A model generated the notes under the pieces. That model saw only the letters and a list, made by a program, of their open reading frames with translations, did no database searches and was not told the DNA's origin. A stretch of 64,000 nucleotides of DNA from contig DAXK01000048.1 of the NCBI GenBank assembly GCA_002506365.1, forward strand, positions 18,627 to 82,626. The letters run 5' to 3'. Every line of letters begins with the position of its first letter. Position 1 is the stretch's first letter. Source of the stretch: an archaeon UBA583. Lineage in GTDB: Archaea; Nanobdellota; Nanobdellia; Woesearchaeales; UBA583. Shown here piece by piece: positions 1-10,125 of this stretch. Position numbers and translations under genes: made by a program.

Positions 1-2
1 AA

Positions 3-146
3 CTATACTTAATTAGTTTAATTTTAATCACAATAACTTTCATAATTCAATTACTTTTAGGATTTTTTGAAATTATAAAATTATATGCTAACATCATAAC
101 AATAGGAGTTTTCATAATTCTACTTTATTTAACACAAAAAAAATAA
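3..146 (+). CDS. 3' end of a hydrophobic (membrane) protein gene that begins upstream of the window
   Basis: Frame 3 is open from the window edge to TAA at 144-146 and translates LYLISLILITITFIIQLLLGFFEIIKLYANIITIGVFIILLYLTQKK. It is too short for the ORF track and no family was recognised. Confidence 0.3.
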   Translation, partial: LYLISLILITITFIIQLLLGFFEIIKLYANIITIGVFIILLYLTQKK

Positions 147-147
147 A

Positions 148-429
148 ATGGCAAAACAAAAAAGAGATAGATTAGATTTGATATACGACATTCTAACTAA
201 TATTAGGAAATCAAATAATACTATTGGACCAACAAAACTTCAAAACAAATCTAATCTATCAAGTTTAATGTTTAAAGATTATATTGAAGAACTAGAACAA
301 ACAAAATTACTAGAAAAAATAGAAACTCCAAAATCCGCAAAATACACATTCACACTCACAAAAAAAGGAAATCAATTTTTAGATAAATATAAAGAAATGA
401 AAAGTTTTGTTGAGAGCTTTGGACTATAA
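148..429 (+). CDS. small winged-helix DNA-binding protein (archaeal HTH_45-like)
   Basis: 93 aa. The pattern RDRLDLIYDIL...GPTKLQNKSNLSSLMFKDYIEELEQTKLLEK...YTLTKKGNQFL is typical of small archaeal wHTH regulators. Confidence 0.5.
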   Translation: MAKQKRDRLDLIYDILTNIRKSNNTIGPTKLQNKSNLSSLMFKDYIEELEQTKLLEKIETPKSAKYTFTLTKKGNQFLDKYKEMKSFVESFGL

Positions 430-430
430 A

Positions 431-1273
431 ATGAAAAATAATAATGTTAATTTTTTTAAAATAATATTTTTAATTTTATTTTTAATATTTAGTTTCAACT
501 TATATACTCACTACAAAGAAATAAAACAAGAAAAATTTGCCTATGATAATTTACATAATTATTTTAAAGATATTGACAAATTACATCAAACATACATAAC
601 ATTTGATTACTGGGGGAAAATTTTATTTTTAGATAAAAATTTAACTAAAATAAATTCATTCAATTTAGGAATGGATACTCCAATGTATAAACTATGGGGA
701 GTAAATAAAATAAATGACGAACTATGGTTTGGATTTAGTTCTATTGTATATACTTGTAATATAGTTTATTGTGACAATGTTAAAACAAATAAAATTTTCA
801 TAATCAATACAAAAAATTCTTCCACATATAAACTAATTGAACTTCCAAATTTATATGGTCCTTATAAATTTTGTAATGACAATAATTTTGTTTATATGAC
901 ATCATATCAATCAGGTGGAGAATTCGGATATGCGAAAATAAATTTAAATAATTACTTAGTAATATTTAATGAATTAATTGGGGATTATAATATGGACCCA
1001 AGTCCCGAGATTTTTTGTAATATTAACAATTCAAATTACGTTCTAACTTCAGGTTCATTAGTTAAATTTAATAAAAATAGTTCTAATTTTGATTTAATAT
1101 ACAGGAGTAACGATGATAACATCCAATATAATTATTTCAATAACTCACTTTCAACTGATAATGAATATATTCATATAAGAGATTTATTTCTTAAAGAACA
1201 AAAATACATACAAAATATTTCAAAAAATAAAGATAATTCTCACACAGTTCAAAGTGTGATATACTTAGAATAA
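431..1273 (+). CDS. membrane-anchored hypothetical protein
   Basis: The track ORF starts at TTG 407, and ATG 431 immediately precedes an N-terminal TM helix (FFKIIFLILFLIFSFNLY). No recognisable domain. Confidence 0.5.
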   Translation: MKNNNVNFFKIIFLILFLIFSFNLYTHYKEIKQEKFAYDNLHNYFKDIDKLHQTYITFDYWGKILFLDKNLTKINSFNLGMDTPMYKLWGVNKINDELWFGFSSIVYTCNIVYCDNVKTNKIFIINTKNSSTYKLIELPNLYGPYKFCNDNNFVYMTSYQSGGEFGYAKINLNNYLVIFNELIGDYNMDPSPEIFCNINNSNYVLTSGSLVKFNKNSSNFDLIYRSNDDNIQYNYFNNSLSTDNEYIHIRDLFLKEQKYIQNISKNKDNSHTVQSVIYLE

Positions 1274-1288
1274 AAATAAATTAAAATT

Positions 1289-1915
1289 TTATTTTTTATT
1301 CTTTTTGCCTCTATTTAAAAAAGCAAAAATTCCTAGCGAAAACACAGCACCAAATGTATCAGCTAAAATATCTTTTTGAGCATCCCAAATATCTCCTTGT
1401 GAACCTAAAACTTCAAGACCTGCTGTAGGATCTCCCATAATCGCAAACTGCCACTCAAACAATTCATAAAATCCAGCAACTGAAATAATAAAAAATAAGG
1501 GGAATAAATATAATATCCAATTAGAATTAACTAATTTTTTTTTACTTAATAACTCAGCGCAAGCAAAAGCGTAAAACCCAACAGAAAAATGAGCAACTCT
1601 ATCATACATATTTCTCTCAAAACCTAAAGCATTCCACAATCCAAAATCAGGAACTCTAGCAAAAGTATAATGCCCGCCAACTGTATGCATAAAAATCAAA
1701 ATTGACATTAAAATATATGCCGTATTTGAAAACTGAAATTTTTTATATGTTAAAACAAGACCTAAAACAATCAACATAATTGGAATATTCTCCGCTAACC
1801 AAATTTCACGCCCATAAGGATTAATTCCCAAAATTGTAAATATAATAATATACAAAATTAACAAATAATGAGGTAACTTAAGTTCTTTAATAAATTTTAA
1901 TAAATTCATAATCAT
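1289..1915 (-). CDS. polytopic membrane protein (possibly YjdF/DUF2238-like)
   Basis: 208 aa with about 6 hydrophobic segments. The family assignment is only a weak recollection. Confidence 0.4.
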   Translation of the reverse strand: MIMNLLKFIKELKLPHYLLILYIIIFTILGINPYGREIWLAENIPIMLIVLGLVLTYKKFQFSNTAYILMSILIFMHTVGGHYTFARVPDFGLWNALGFERNMYDRVAHFSVGFYAFACAELLSKKKLVNSNWILYLFPLFFIISVAGFYELFEWQFAIMGDPTAGLEVLGSQGDIWDAQKDILADTFGAVFSLGIFAFLNRGKKNKK

Positions 1916-1962
1916 AATATAATTATCATAATTATAAATAATTGTATTCTAGAAATAAAACT

Positions 1963-1985
1963 ATGTGAAATTTTTAATTTCACAT
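1963..1985 (-). terminator. hairpin plus T-tract downstream of sod
   Basis: Perfect 9-bp inverted repeat ATGTGAAAT/ATTTCACAT, followed on the minus strand by AGTTTTATTTCT. A second 7-bp hairpin AGAAATC/GATTTCT lies at 1992-2008. Confidence 0.45.
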
Positions 1986-2026
1986 CGGTTTAGAAATCAA
2001 AGATTTCTTGAAATAATCATTAAAAA

Positions 2027-2647
2027 TTATTGGTTAATAATTTTTAAAAATCTTTCAGAAACTTTATCCCAATTAATGATTGAAAAAAATTCATCAATAT
2101 GTGCTGGTCTCTTATTTTGATAATCAATATAATAAGCATGTTCCCAAACATCAATAACTAAAATAGGTTCCTCCTTATTTACACATACATCCATCATAAA
2201 ATTATCTTGATTAGCAGTATTATAAATAACTAATTTCCCATTTGAATCAACTGCAAGCCAAGTCCAACCTGAACCAAAAACTGCTGCTGCTTTTTGTGAA
2301 AACTCATCCTTAAATTTATCAAAACTTCCAAAAGAATCAACAATTGCCTTATGCATCTCAGGCAACTCTGAAGGTCCTGAACACTTAGGTGCCATAGACT
2401 CCCAATAAAATTGGTGATTCCAAAATCCTCCTCCCATATTTCTAATTGCTGGCTTATCAGCAACATTTGCAAAAATTTCTCTAAAATCTTCTGACTCAAT
2501 TTGAGCAGCTTCAAGTGCCCCATTAAACTTATCACAATAAGTTTGGTGGTGTTTGTCGTGGTGAACCTTTAACGTTTCCTCTGAAATGTGAGGTGCTAAA
2601 GCATCATAACTATAAGGTAAATCTTTTAAATTAAATTTAGTAGCCAT
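2027..2647 (-). CDS. sod: Fe/Mn superoxide dismutase
   Basis: LPYSYDALAPHISEETLKVHHDKHH at the N-terminus and DVWEHAYYIDYQNKRP at the C-terminus are canonical Fe/Mn-SOD signatures. Confidence 0.95.
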   Translation of the reverse strand: MATKFNLKDLPYSYDALAPHISEETLKVHHDKHHQTYCDKFNGALEAAQIESEDFREIFANVADKPAIRNMGGGFWNHQFYWESMAPKCSGPSELPEMHKAIVDSFGSFDKFKDEFSQKAAAVFGSGWTWLAVDSNGKLVIYNTANQDNFMMDVCVNKEEPILVIDVWEHAYYIDYQNKRPAHIDEFFSIINWDKVSERFLKIINQ

Positions 2648-2717
2648 ACTCTATAAAATATTAAAGAATATATAAATCTACTTTGTATACTCACAAAACA
2701 AATATTTTTTCACACAT

Positions 2718-3623
2718 TTACTTTAATAAATTTTCCATATTAATAGTAGAATCAAATTTTCCTTTATAATTTTTAAACTCATTATCCAAATCACTAATTA
2801 ACTTTATCATAACTCTATAACTTGTAAAATTATTAACTTTTTCATCTTTATTTTTAGAAAATAACTTTGAAATAAAACCTTGGTGATGATTTTTCAAATT
2901 ATCAGTTAATAACTTCATAGACCCCATATAATTATTATAATTTTTAATTGGAAATGTATCCAAATCAATATTCACCTTAGTCCAATTTTCCACATCATCA
3001 TCTTCATCCTCATTATAAACTCCTAAACCATAATAAGTTTGTTTATTAAAATCAATATGTTTTAATTTTTCTAAAATAATATCTTGTAACTCTACATAAA
3101 AATACTTTTTTAACAACCAATCATTACAAGATAACAAAACTCTATTCCCATAAGGAGCAGCCTTAAATACACCAACAAATTTCCCTTGGAAAAATATTAA
3201 AATTCCTTTTCTATAATCGGAACTTTCCTTATTTAAAATTCTAAAAAAATACTCAGGAGTATCTGGACAATTACCCTCCTTTTTTTCATATTTAGAATAA
3301 ATATTTTCTTGATTTAATAACTCAACATTTGCTTGATTATTTTTTAAAAATGTTTTATTTCTAATAGAAAATTTAATTTTATTATTTTTAAAATAATTAC
3401 AAATCATCTGGAAATAAATTCTATCTCGACTCTCCACATAATCATTCATATAATACACATAAAATACTACATCATCTAAAGAATTAAACTCAACCCTTAT
3501 TATTTCATAATCATTATAACTTAAAATACACTTATTAATTCCTGACTTTTCAAAATATAAAGGTTTTGAAAAATAATCTTTCAACTCATTAACATACTTT
3601 AAATAATCTTCAAACCTATTCAT
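2718..3623 (-). CDS. hypothetical protein, third member of a three-gene paralog array
   Basis: 301 aa, with an ATGA start/stop overlap with the upstream gene. It shares the central motif GILIFFQGKFVGVFK (compare GVLVYLNSELVGLLK) and C-terminal helix with the 3620-4483 product. Confidence 0.6.
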   Translation of the reverse strand: MNRFEDYLKYVNELKDYFSKPLYFEKSGINKCILSYNDYEIIRVEFNSLDDVVFYVYYMNDYVESRDRIYFQMICNYFKNNKIKFSIRNKTFLKNNQANVELLNQENIYSKYEKKEGNCPDTPEYFFRILNKESSDYRKGILIFFQGKFVGVFKAAPYGNRVLLSCNDWLLKKYFYVELQDIILEKLKHIDFNKQTYYGLGVYNEDEDDDVENWTKVNIDLDTFPIKNYNNYMGSMKLLTDNLKNHHQGFISKLFSKNKDEKVNNFTSYRVMIKLISDLDNEFKNYKGKFDSTINMENLLK

Positions 3624-4483
3624 TTTAAATTCCCTAACTTAATCTCATAATCAAAATTCCCATTAAAACTCTTTTCAGACTCATAAACACACTTAATTAA
3701 ATTAAGCAACTTTTTATAAATCGAAATTTTAGTTTTTCCAGATTTAAACTTAAATATCTTTAAATAACTTCTAGAATTTTGTAAATCCATCTCAGAAAAC
3801 TCAGATAACTTCATAATTTCCTCAAAATTATGTAAATACCTACTTCTCTCCATTGGATCAAAATTTATTGGTAAAGAATTTCCAATAAAATTTATTCTTA
3901 TCCAATCCTTTTTTTCATCCTTAACTTTATCAACATTTTTAATAATATCTCCAACTAATTTTTTATTTAAACTATAAACAGCTAACTTTTCATTTCTACT
4001 ATCTCCAAAAGACAAAAGTAACGGATTATTAACAATCTTTAATAATCCAACCAACTCTGAATTTAAATAAACTAAAACACCTCTCTGAGCATAATACCCA
4101 TTTCTACTCAAAATATTAAAAAAATCATACGCTGACTGCTTACACTTTCCATAACTTTCCTTATTTGACTCAACCAAATACCTATCATCAGCCTCAACAT
4201 CCTTTGCTAATTTATTTGCTCTATTCATATAATTATTCTTAACAAAAACTTCACACCCAAACTCCCTAATTAAATTAAAAATAACTCTAAAATACTCCTT
4301 ATGGATACTCTCATCATACTTAAACGTAAACTCCAAATTATTACTATTAGAATAAAATTTTAAAATTCTATCATCATTATAAAAAAATTCAATAGAATTA
4401 ATTCCAGACATTAACTTAATTGGACTAGACAACCTACTATCTAAAAACTTCAACAACTCAAACTTTTTAACATCATCAATCAT
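3620..4483 (-). CDS. hypothetical protein, second member of a three-gene paralog array
   Basis: 287 aa with ATGA overlaps at both ends. Clear paralog of the 2718-3623 product. Confidence 0.6.
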   Translation of the reverse strand: MIDDVKKFELLKFLDSRLSSPIKLMSGINSIEFFYNDDRILKFYSNSNNLEFTFKYDESIHKEYFRVIFNLIREFGCEVFVKNNYMNRANKLAKDVEADDRYLVESNKESYGKCKQSAYDFFNILSRNGYYAQRGVLVYLNSELVGLLKIVNNPLLLSFGDSRNEKLAVYSLNKKLVGDIIKNVDKVKDEKKDWIRINFIGNSLPINFDPMERSRYLHNFEEIMKLSEFSEMDLQNSRSYLKIFKFKSGKTKISIYKKLLNLIKCVYESEKSFNGNFDYEIKLGNLK

Positions 4484-5478
4484 TTTAATTCCTCCAACTT
4501 AACTTTTTCAACACTCTTTAACATTTTATTCTCAAGTTCAATAACAGCATCTAACATTGCTCTCATAATTTTTGTAAAATTTCCATTATTTCTATCTTTT
4601 CTACTAAACAAAGTTCCAAACATAGAATTATTAACTAATGTATTCGCCCTATCAAAATAAATACCATTTAACTTCACATAATCATTAAAAAATTCATTTC
4701 TCCTAGACATCCCAAAACTCTCTGAAACAATAGGAATTGAAAAATAATAATCATGCTCCTGATAATTTCCATCACAAAAATGAATAATATTTGCCCCAAT
4801 TCCCGACACAAATAAATAATCATCCTTCTTATAAGGTAAATAATTAACATTTGAAAATAAATCATTAATATAATTTGGATACTCATTAACTTCTCTAGAA
4901 ACAATTGACAAATTATCAAAACACTTTGAATATCCATTATTAATATACCAATCTAAAATATAATACATAATTGTAAACTCAAAATAATCAACCTGAACTC
5001 CTCTAACTGTAGAATTTCTAAAATACAAAACTAAAGACCTACCAGAAATCTTAAACTTATAATTCTCAAACATTTTTTGAATTTTATCTCCAAACCTATT
5101 TTCTGATATTTCTTTTTCCTGTAAAAAATTAACTTTTTTAATATTTAAATCTCGAATAAACTTTGGAATTGGTTCAATAAAATCTAACTTAATATCTTTA
5201 GAATAAATATCACACAAAGCTCTAAACTTCTCAGGATAACTCATAGAACTAAAATCAAAATTACTTGAATTAAAAATGTTTAAAATTTGGACTCTTAATT
5301 TTTTAATATCTAAATAATTACAAAAAAAAAATTGAAAATCCGAAACATCATCTCTTGGTATTTTTAAAAAATAATTAAGAATATAACAATTTCTATAAAT
5401 TCTATCTTTTTCAAAAATAACTCTATCGGATTTATTTAATTCTAACTTTAAATTTTCATACCGAAAATCCTTAACCAT
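4480..5478 (-). CDS. hypothetical protein, first (more divergent) member of a three-gene array
   Basis: 332 aa. It has the analogous central segment SLVLYFRNSTVRGVQV and a similar C-terminal amphipathic helix. Lies 92 bp downstream of gyrA. Confidence 0.55.
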   Translation of the reverse strand: MVKDFRYENLKLELNKSDRVIFEKDRIYRNCYILNYFLKIPRDDVSDFQFFFCNYLDIKKLRVQILNIFNSSNFDFSSMSYPEKFRALCDIYSKDIKLDFIEPIPKFIRDLNIKKVNFLQEKEISENRFGDKIQKMFENYKFKISGRSLVLYFRNSTVRGVQVDYFEFTIMYYILDWYINNGYSKCFDNLSIVSREVNEYPNYINDLFSNVNYLPYKKDDYLFVSGIGANIIHFCDGNYQEHDYYFSIPIVSESFGMSRRNEFFNDYVKLNGIYFDRANTLVNNSMFGTLFSRKDRNNGNFTKIMRAMLDAVIELENKMLKSVEKVKLEELK

Positions 5479-5569
5479 AAAATAAATTTAATAAAAATAA
5501 TATATAAATACTTGTAATCTTAAATTTAGAAATAAAAAATAAAATAAATAAATTTCAATAAAAATTTAT

Positions 5570-8008
5570 TTACTCTTCAACAACAGACTCTTCACAAGGA
5601 ATCTTCTCAACAGATAAAATTTCATCATCTTCATCTAAATTCACAACCTTCACACCCTTAGTATTTCTACCAATAATTCTAAAGTCAGACACAGGCGTTC
5701 TCACAACCTTCTTTTTAGTAATAATAAATAAATCATCCTCTTCACCAACAGCATTCATTCTAACAACTTCACCATTTCTATCATCAGTCTTAATATCTAA
5801 AACTCCACGACCAGCTCTCTTAATAGTTGAATACTCACTTAATAAAGTTCTCTTTCCAAATCCTTTCTTAGTAACAGTTAATAATGTTTTACCAGGTTCA
5901 GCTAACTCAATTCCAACAACCTCTTCACCATCACGTAAATTCATTGCCTTCACTCCTCTAGCAGTTCTACCAAGCATAGATAAATCACTTTGCTTAAATC
6001 TAATACTCATACCAACATTAGACTCACAAACAATATCAGCCTCAGAATGTGTATAAATCACAGATAAAACAGTATCTCCTTCATCTAAATTAATTGCCTT
6101 AATTCCACCATTTCTAGGTTTTGAAAAATTACTCATTTCAGTCTTCTTAATAATTCCCTTCTTAGTTAAAAAGATTAAATGACCAGTAGTTAAATCAGAA
6201 ACATTCAAAATATTTGTAATCTTCTTACCTTTCAAATCAATATAATTAACAATAGGTCTTCCCTTTGTAGTAGCTTTCGCAGTTGGAATCTCATAAGCTT
6301 TCATCCAATTAATATTCCCATCTGATGTAAAAATTAAAACAGAATCTCTTGAATTAGACACAAATAAATTCTTAATCATATCTTCATCCTTAAAATTCGC
6401 ATTAACTCCCTTTCCACCTCTCTTTTGAGTTCTATACTCTTCGATTGGAACTTTCTTAATATAATCATTTTGAGTAACCATAACTGCAAAATCTTCATCC
6501 TTAATTAAATCTTCAATCGCCATAGTCCCCTCATCAGAAATAATCTTAGTTCTTCTCTCATCATCAAACTGCTCACGAATCTCAGTTAACTCAGATCTTA
6601 CAATCTTTAATTGTTCAGACTTATTATCTAAAATAAATTGTAAACCAGAAATAATATCAACAATATTATTATATTCTTCACGAATCTTATCAGTCTCTAA
6701 ACCAGTTAATTTTTGTAACTTCATATCTAAAATTCCTTGAGATTGAATATCTGATAATTTATATCTACTAATTAATTCTTCCTTCGCTTCTGCTCCTGAC
6801 TTTGAAGCTTTAATTAAAGCAATCACATCATCAATATTATCTAAAGCAATAGTTAAACCTTCTAAAATATGTAACCTATCCTCAGACTTTTTCTTCTCAA
6901 AAATAGTTCTCTTAACAACAACCTCTTGACGAAAGTCAATAAAATTATGTAAATAAGATTTTAAATTTAAAATAGTTGGAACACCAGCAACAATTGCAAG
7001 TAATCTAGCATTAAAATTTGTCTTCAATGATGAATATTGATATAATTGATTTAATACAACATTTGGATCAGCATCCTTTTTAACTTCAATAACAATTCTA
7101 ATTCCATTTTTATTAGTTTCATTTCTAATATCTGAAATATCTTTAATCTTTCCACCCTTAACTAAATCAACAATTTGAGTAATTAATGTAGTAATATTTG
7201 TTTGATAAGGAACTTGTTCAATAATAATTGCTTCTCTATTTTTCTTAATTTCTTCAATAGAACATACAGCCTTCATTGTAACTGCACCTTCTCCATTAAT
7301 ATAAATATCTTGTAAACCTTTCCCTTGTAACATTGTAGCTCCAGTAGGGAAATCTGGTCCTTTAACATGACCCTTTCTAACTAATTCTTCAACAGATTGA
7401 TCAGGATTATCAACTAAATCTAAAGCAGCATCAACAACTTCCCCTAAATTATGAGGAGGAATATTTGTAGCCATACCAACAGCAATTCCAGAACTTCCAT
7501 TAACTAATAAAGTTGGAATCTTTGTAGGTAAAACACTAGGTTCAACAGTTTGTTCATCAAAATTTGGAACCATATCAACAGTTTCCTTATCAATATCGTG
7601 TAAAAACTTTTCAGTAAACTTAGTCATCTTAGCTTCAGTATAACGATAAGCCGCTGCACCATCACCTTCCATAGAACCAAAGTTACCTTGTCCATCAACA
7701 ATTGTATATCTCATATTCCATTTTTGAGCTAATCTTACCATAGCATCATAAACTGAACTATCACCGTGAGGGTGGTATTTTTTTAAAACTTCTCCCACAA
7801 CTCCGGCAGACTTAGAATATTTCTTTCCAGGTGTTAATCCTTCCTTAAACATTGCATAAATAATTCTTCTATGAACTGGTTTTAAACCATCACGAACTTC
7901 AGGTAAAGCACGACCTACAATTACACTCATAGCATATTGTAAATAAGAGTCTTTAAGTTCGGATTCAATATAAACATCTTTAGTTCTTAAACTTTGATTG
8001 TTATCCAT
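5570..8008 (-). CDS. gyrA: DNA gyrase subunit A
   Basis: 812 aa with SYLQYAMSVIVGRALPEVRDGLKPVHRRIIYAM, the active-site region AAYRYTEAKM, and C-terminal beta-pinwheel repeats. Confidence 0.95.
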   Translation of the reverse strand: MDNNQSLRTKDVYIESELKDSYLQYAMSVIVGRALPEVRDGLKPVHRRIIYAMFKEGLTPGKKYSKSAGVVGEVLKKYHPHGDSSVYDAMVRLAQKWNMRYTIVDGQGNFGSMEGDGAAAYRYTEAKMTKFTEKFLHDIDKETVDMVPNFDEQTVEPSVLPTKIPTLLVNGSSGIAVGMATNIPPHNLGEVVDAALDLVDNPDQSVEELVRKGHVKGPDFPTGATMLQGKGLQDIYINGEGAVTMKAVCSIEEIKKNREAIIIEQVPYQTNITTLITQIVDLVKGGKIKDISDIRNETNKNGIRIVIEVKKDADPNVVLNQLYQYSSLKTNFNARLLAIVAGVPTILNLKSYLHNFIDFRQEVVVKRTIFEKKKSEDRLHILEGLTIALDNIDDVIALIKASKSGAEAKEELISRYKLSDIQSQGILDMKLQKLTGLETDKIREEYNNIVDIISGLQFILDNKSEQLKIVRSELTEIREQFDDERRTKIISDEGTMAIEDLIKDEDFAVMVTQNDYIKKVPIEEYRTQKRGGKGVNANFKDEDMIKNLFVSNSRDSVLIFTSDGNINWMKAYEIPTAKATTKGRPIVNYIDLKGKKITNILNVSDLTTGHLIFLTKKGIIKKTEMSNFSKPRNGGIKAINLDEGDTVLSVIYTHSEADIVCESNVGMSIRFKQSDLSMLGRTARGVKAMNLRDGEEVVGIELAEPGKTLLTVTKKGFGKRTLLSEYSTIKRAGRGVLDIKTDDRNGEVVRMNAVGEEDDLFIITKKKVVRTPVSDFRIIGRNTKGVKVVNLDEDDEILSVEKIPCEESVVEE

Positions 8009-8217
8009 AATAATATCTACAAAAATACCCTATTAATGGTTTCGTTACCACTATATGAAAAACGCTAAAAAATCACAAAAAATCAATCCAAAAACAACCA
8101 AATTCTTAAATTTCCTAAAAATTAGCCAATATTTGACGACTTTTTCAAAAACTCACATCGATTTTAAGACGTCTTTTTGAAATTATTTCTAAAATTTAAA
8201 TATTTTCAATTTTTTTT

Positions 8218-8949
8218 TTATCTAGAAAAATCATCCAAATCACAAGTAAATTTTCCATTATTTCCTTTATAATAATAATCTAAAATTAAAACTCCATTTT
8301 GTCTCAAAAATTTAATTTCATTTGAAAACTTATACTTTTCACCACCCATTTCTTGATGAACATTCTCAAAATAATTTGGATACTCATTATCATAATTAAT
8401 TAAATCTTTATCAATATACTTTTTAATTTCTGACTTTCGAGACTCCCTTTTCTCTAAAGAATCATGAAAATTTAAAGTTCCTAAATAACTAGTAATAATT
8501 GTAAATTTATCCCTTTTAATTAAATCAGTAATTGTTGCTAAAATACATCTATTTCTAAACAAACCAACAACAAAAACATTTGAAATATCATTCTTACTTA
8601 ATTGCTCAAAAACTTCTGTGTCATACATCGCAGAATTAGATTTTTTACTAATATTAATTACTTTTGAAAAATTATTTTCCTCACTCAAAACTGATTTCCC
8701 AATTGTTTGTTTATTTGTAACATCAAAAAATAAAATTTCATTTTTTAAACATAATTCCTTAACCTTTCTTAAATAATTAATAAAACCACTTAATTTTTTA
8801 TTTTTCATAAACACATTTGAAAAAAATCCTCTTTGAACATCAACACAAATCACAGCAAATTTTTCATCCTTACTTTTAGAAAAATTATATATTTTTAAAA
8901 AATCATTAATTGCACGATTTTCACTAGAATACTTTTTCAAATCAGTCAT
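8218..8949 (-). CDS. isochorismatase/cysteine-hydrolase family protein with C-terminal extension
   Basis: FAVICVDVQRGFF (catalytic Asp region) and VFVVGLFRNRCILATITDL (catalytic Cys region). Confidence 0.55.
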   Translation of the reverse strand: MTDLKKYSSENRAINDFLKIYNFSKSKDEKFAVICVDVQRGFFSNVFMKNKKLSGFINYLRKVKELCLKNEILFFDVTNKQTIGKSVLSEENNFSKVINISKKSNSAMYDTEVFEQLSKNDISNVFVVGLFRNRCILATITDLIKRDKFTIITSYLGTLNFHDSLEKRESRKSEIKKYIDKDLINYDNEYPNYFENVHQEMGGEKYKFSNEIKFLRQNGVLILDYYYKGNNGKFTCDLDDFSR

Positions 8950-9014
8950 AATAAAATATCTATTAAATTAATATTTTATAAATTTATTCAACAACTAACC
9001 TAAATATTTATTAT

Positions 9015-9428
9015 TTAATCTAAATAAATATGTTGATACACATCTGAAATTCTTTTATCTTTACACTCAACTTTAGAATCTAATAACAAATTTAATTTAT
9101 CATTTTTAGAAATATTCTCTAAAAACTCAATTCCATAACTTAAAACTCTTGTATCTTCTAATTTATAATTATTTAAGCCATCAGAACTTGTAATAAACTC
9201 ATTCCAATCATTAAATAAAACCTCACAATTTCTAATAATTACAAATAAACTCTCAGAAACATTTTGAACTAAACTTGATAACTTATTACCCATTTGTTCA
9301 AAAACTGTTTTCTCTAAACTATAATTTTCACAATCTAGTAAATCCTTAAAATCAATTTCATAAATATTATCATTAAAATTTTTATAACCTTTAGAACTTA
9401 CAACAAGAACTCTTTTTTTAGATGCCAT
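9015..9428 (-). CDS. hypothetical protein
   Basis: 137-aa ORF with no recognisable motif. Confidence 0.4.
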   Translation of the reverse strand: MASKKRVLVVSSKGYKNFNDNIYEIDFKDLLDCENYSLEKTVFEQMGNKLSSLVQNVSESLFVIIRNCEVLFNDWNEFITSSDGLNNYKLEDTRVLSYGIEFLENISKNDKLNLLLDSKVECKDKRISDVYQHIYLD

Positions 9429-9587
9429 AGAATTGAATTTACGATTTATATTTAAAAATATTACATTGTAAATTTATCCCAAAATTAATTTTTTTTCACA
9501 TTATGAAACTTTTTTTTAAATATTTTTATTTTTTATTCACAAAATTGTTTTCCCAAATCTTATAAAAAACAATAAATTAATTAAATT

Positions 9588-10037
9588 ATGAATATCGCAG
9601 AACTAAGAGAAATTTTAACTAATTTTAAAATTGACCAAGATAAAATTAATGAATATCTACAAAATAAAGAAATTGTAGAACTAAATAACAATTTATACTT
9701 ATTACCACAAAATTATGATAAATTAAAAAACGAAATTTCAAATGATAATTTAATTTATATTCAACTAAAATATTTATCTCCAAGTATTTTATTATTAAAC
9801 TGGATTAAAAATAATACAAAAAATGTATTAAAAATTAAATCAGAAAAAAGAGCACTAGATTTTACTTATGGAAAAGATTTATTTCAAGACCTTGTAACAA
9901 AAAATTCAAAATGCGAATTTGAATTAAATAAATACTTTATTGTTGAATTTAATAATGAAATTTTAGGATATATTCAAGTAGCAGATAAAAAATTAAACAA
10001 TGAATTTCATGTTGGTGACTATCTTAAAGAAAATTAA
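9588..10037 (+). CDS. Nip7-like PUA-domain protein (ribosome biogenesis factor homolog)
   Basis: 149 aa. The layout ...KIKSEKRALDFTYGKDLF...YFIVEFNNEILGYIQV...HVGDYLKEN resembles the UPF0113/Nip7 C-terminal PUA domain that ends D.GeYLR.E. Confidence 0.4.
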   Translation: MNIAELREILTNFKIDQDKINEYLQNKEIVELNNNLYLLPQNYDKLKNEISNDNLIYIQLKYLSPSILLLNWIKNNTKNVLKIKSEKRALDFTYGKDLFQDLVTKNSKCEFELNKYFIVEFNNEILGYIQVADKKLNNEFHVGDYLKEN

Positions 10038-10125
10038 ATTATATATAATTTTAAATAATTCAACTTCAAAGATACTCCAAAATTAGACACTTTAGATTTA
10101 AATAAATATTTCAATTCAACAATTT

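Noticed and set aside
2230-2535. 101-aa ORF nested inside sod in another frame. The same situation applies to 4674-4937, 10674-10889, 11417-11638, 21111-21329, 21290-21511, 21392-21652, 34054-34278, 36061-36255, 50212-50427, 50764-50979, 54308-54550 and 59492-59674.
   Set aside because: All lie wholly or largely inside longer ORFs that carry clear protein-family signatures or better coding character. Their translations are low-complexity Leu/Ile/Phe/Lys strings typical of off-frame reading of AT-rich genes.
8009-8217. 209-bp gyrA upstream region with TTTCAAAAA...TTTTTGAAA and GACG...CGTC inverted repeats, considered as a leader RNA structure
   Set aside because: The stems are short, mostly A/T and imperfect. 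I cannot distinguish them from background by eye.
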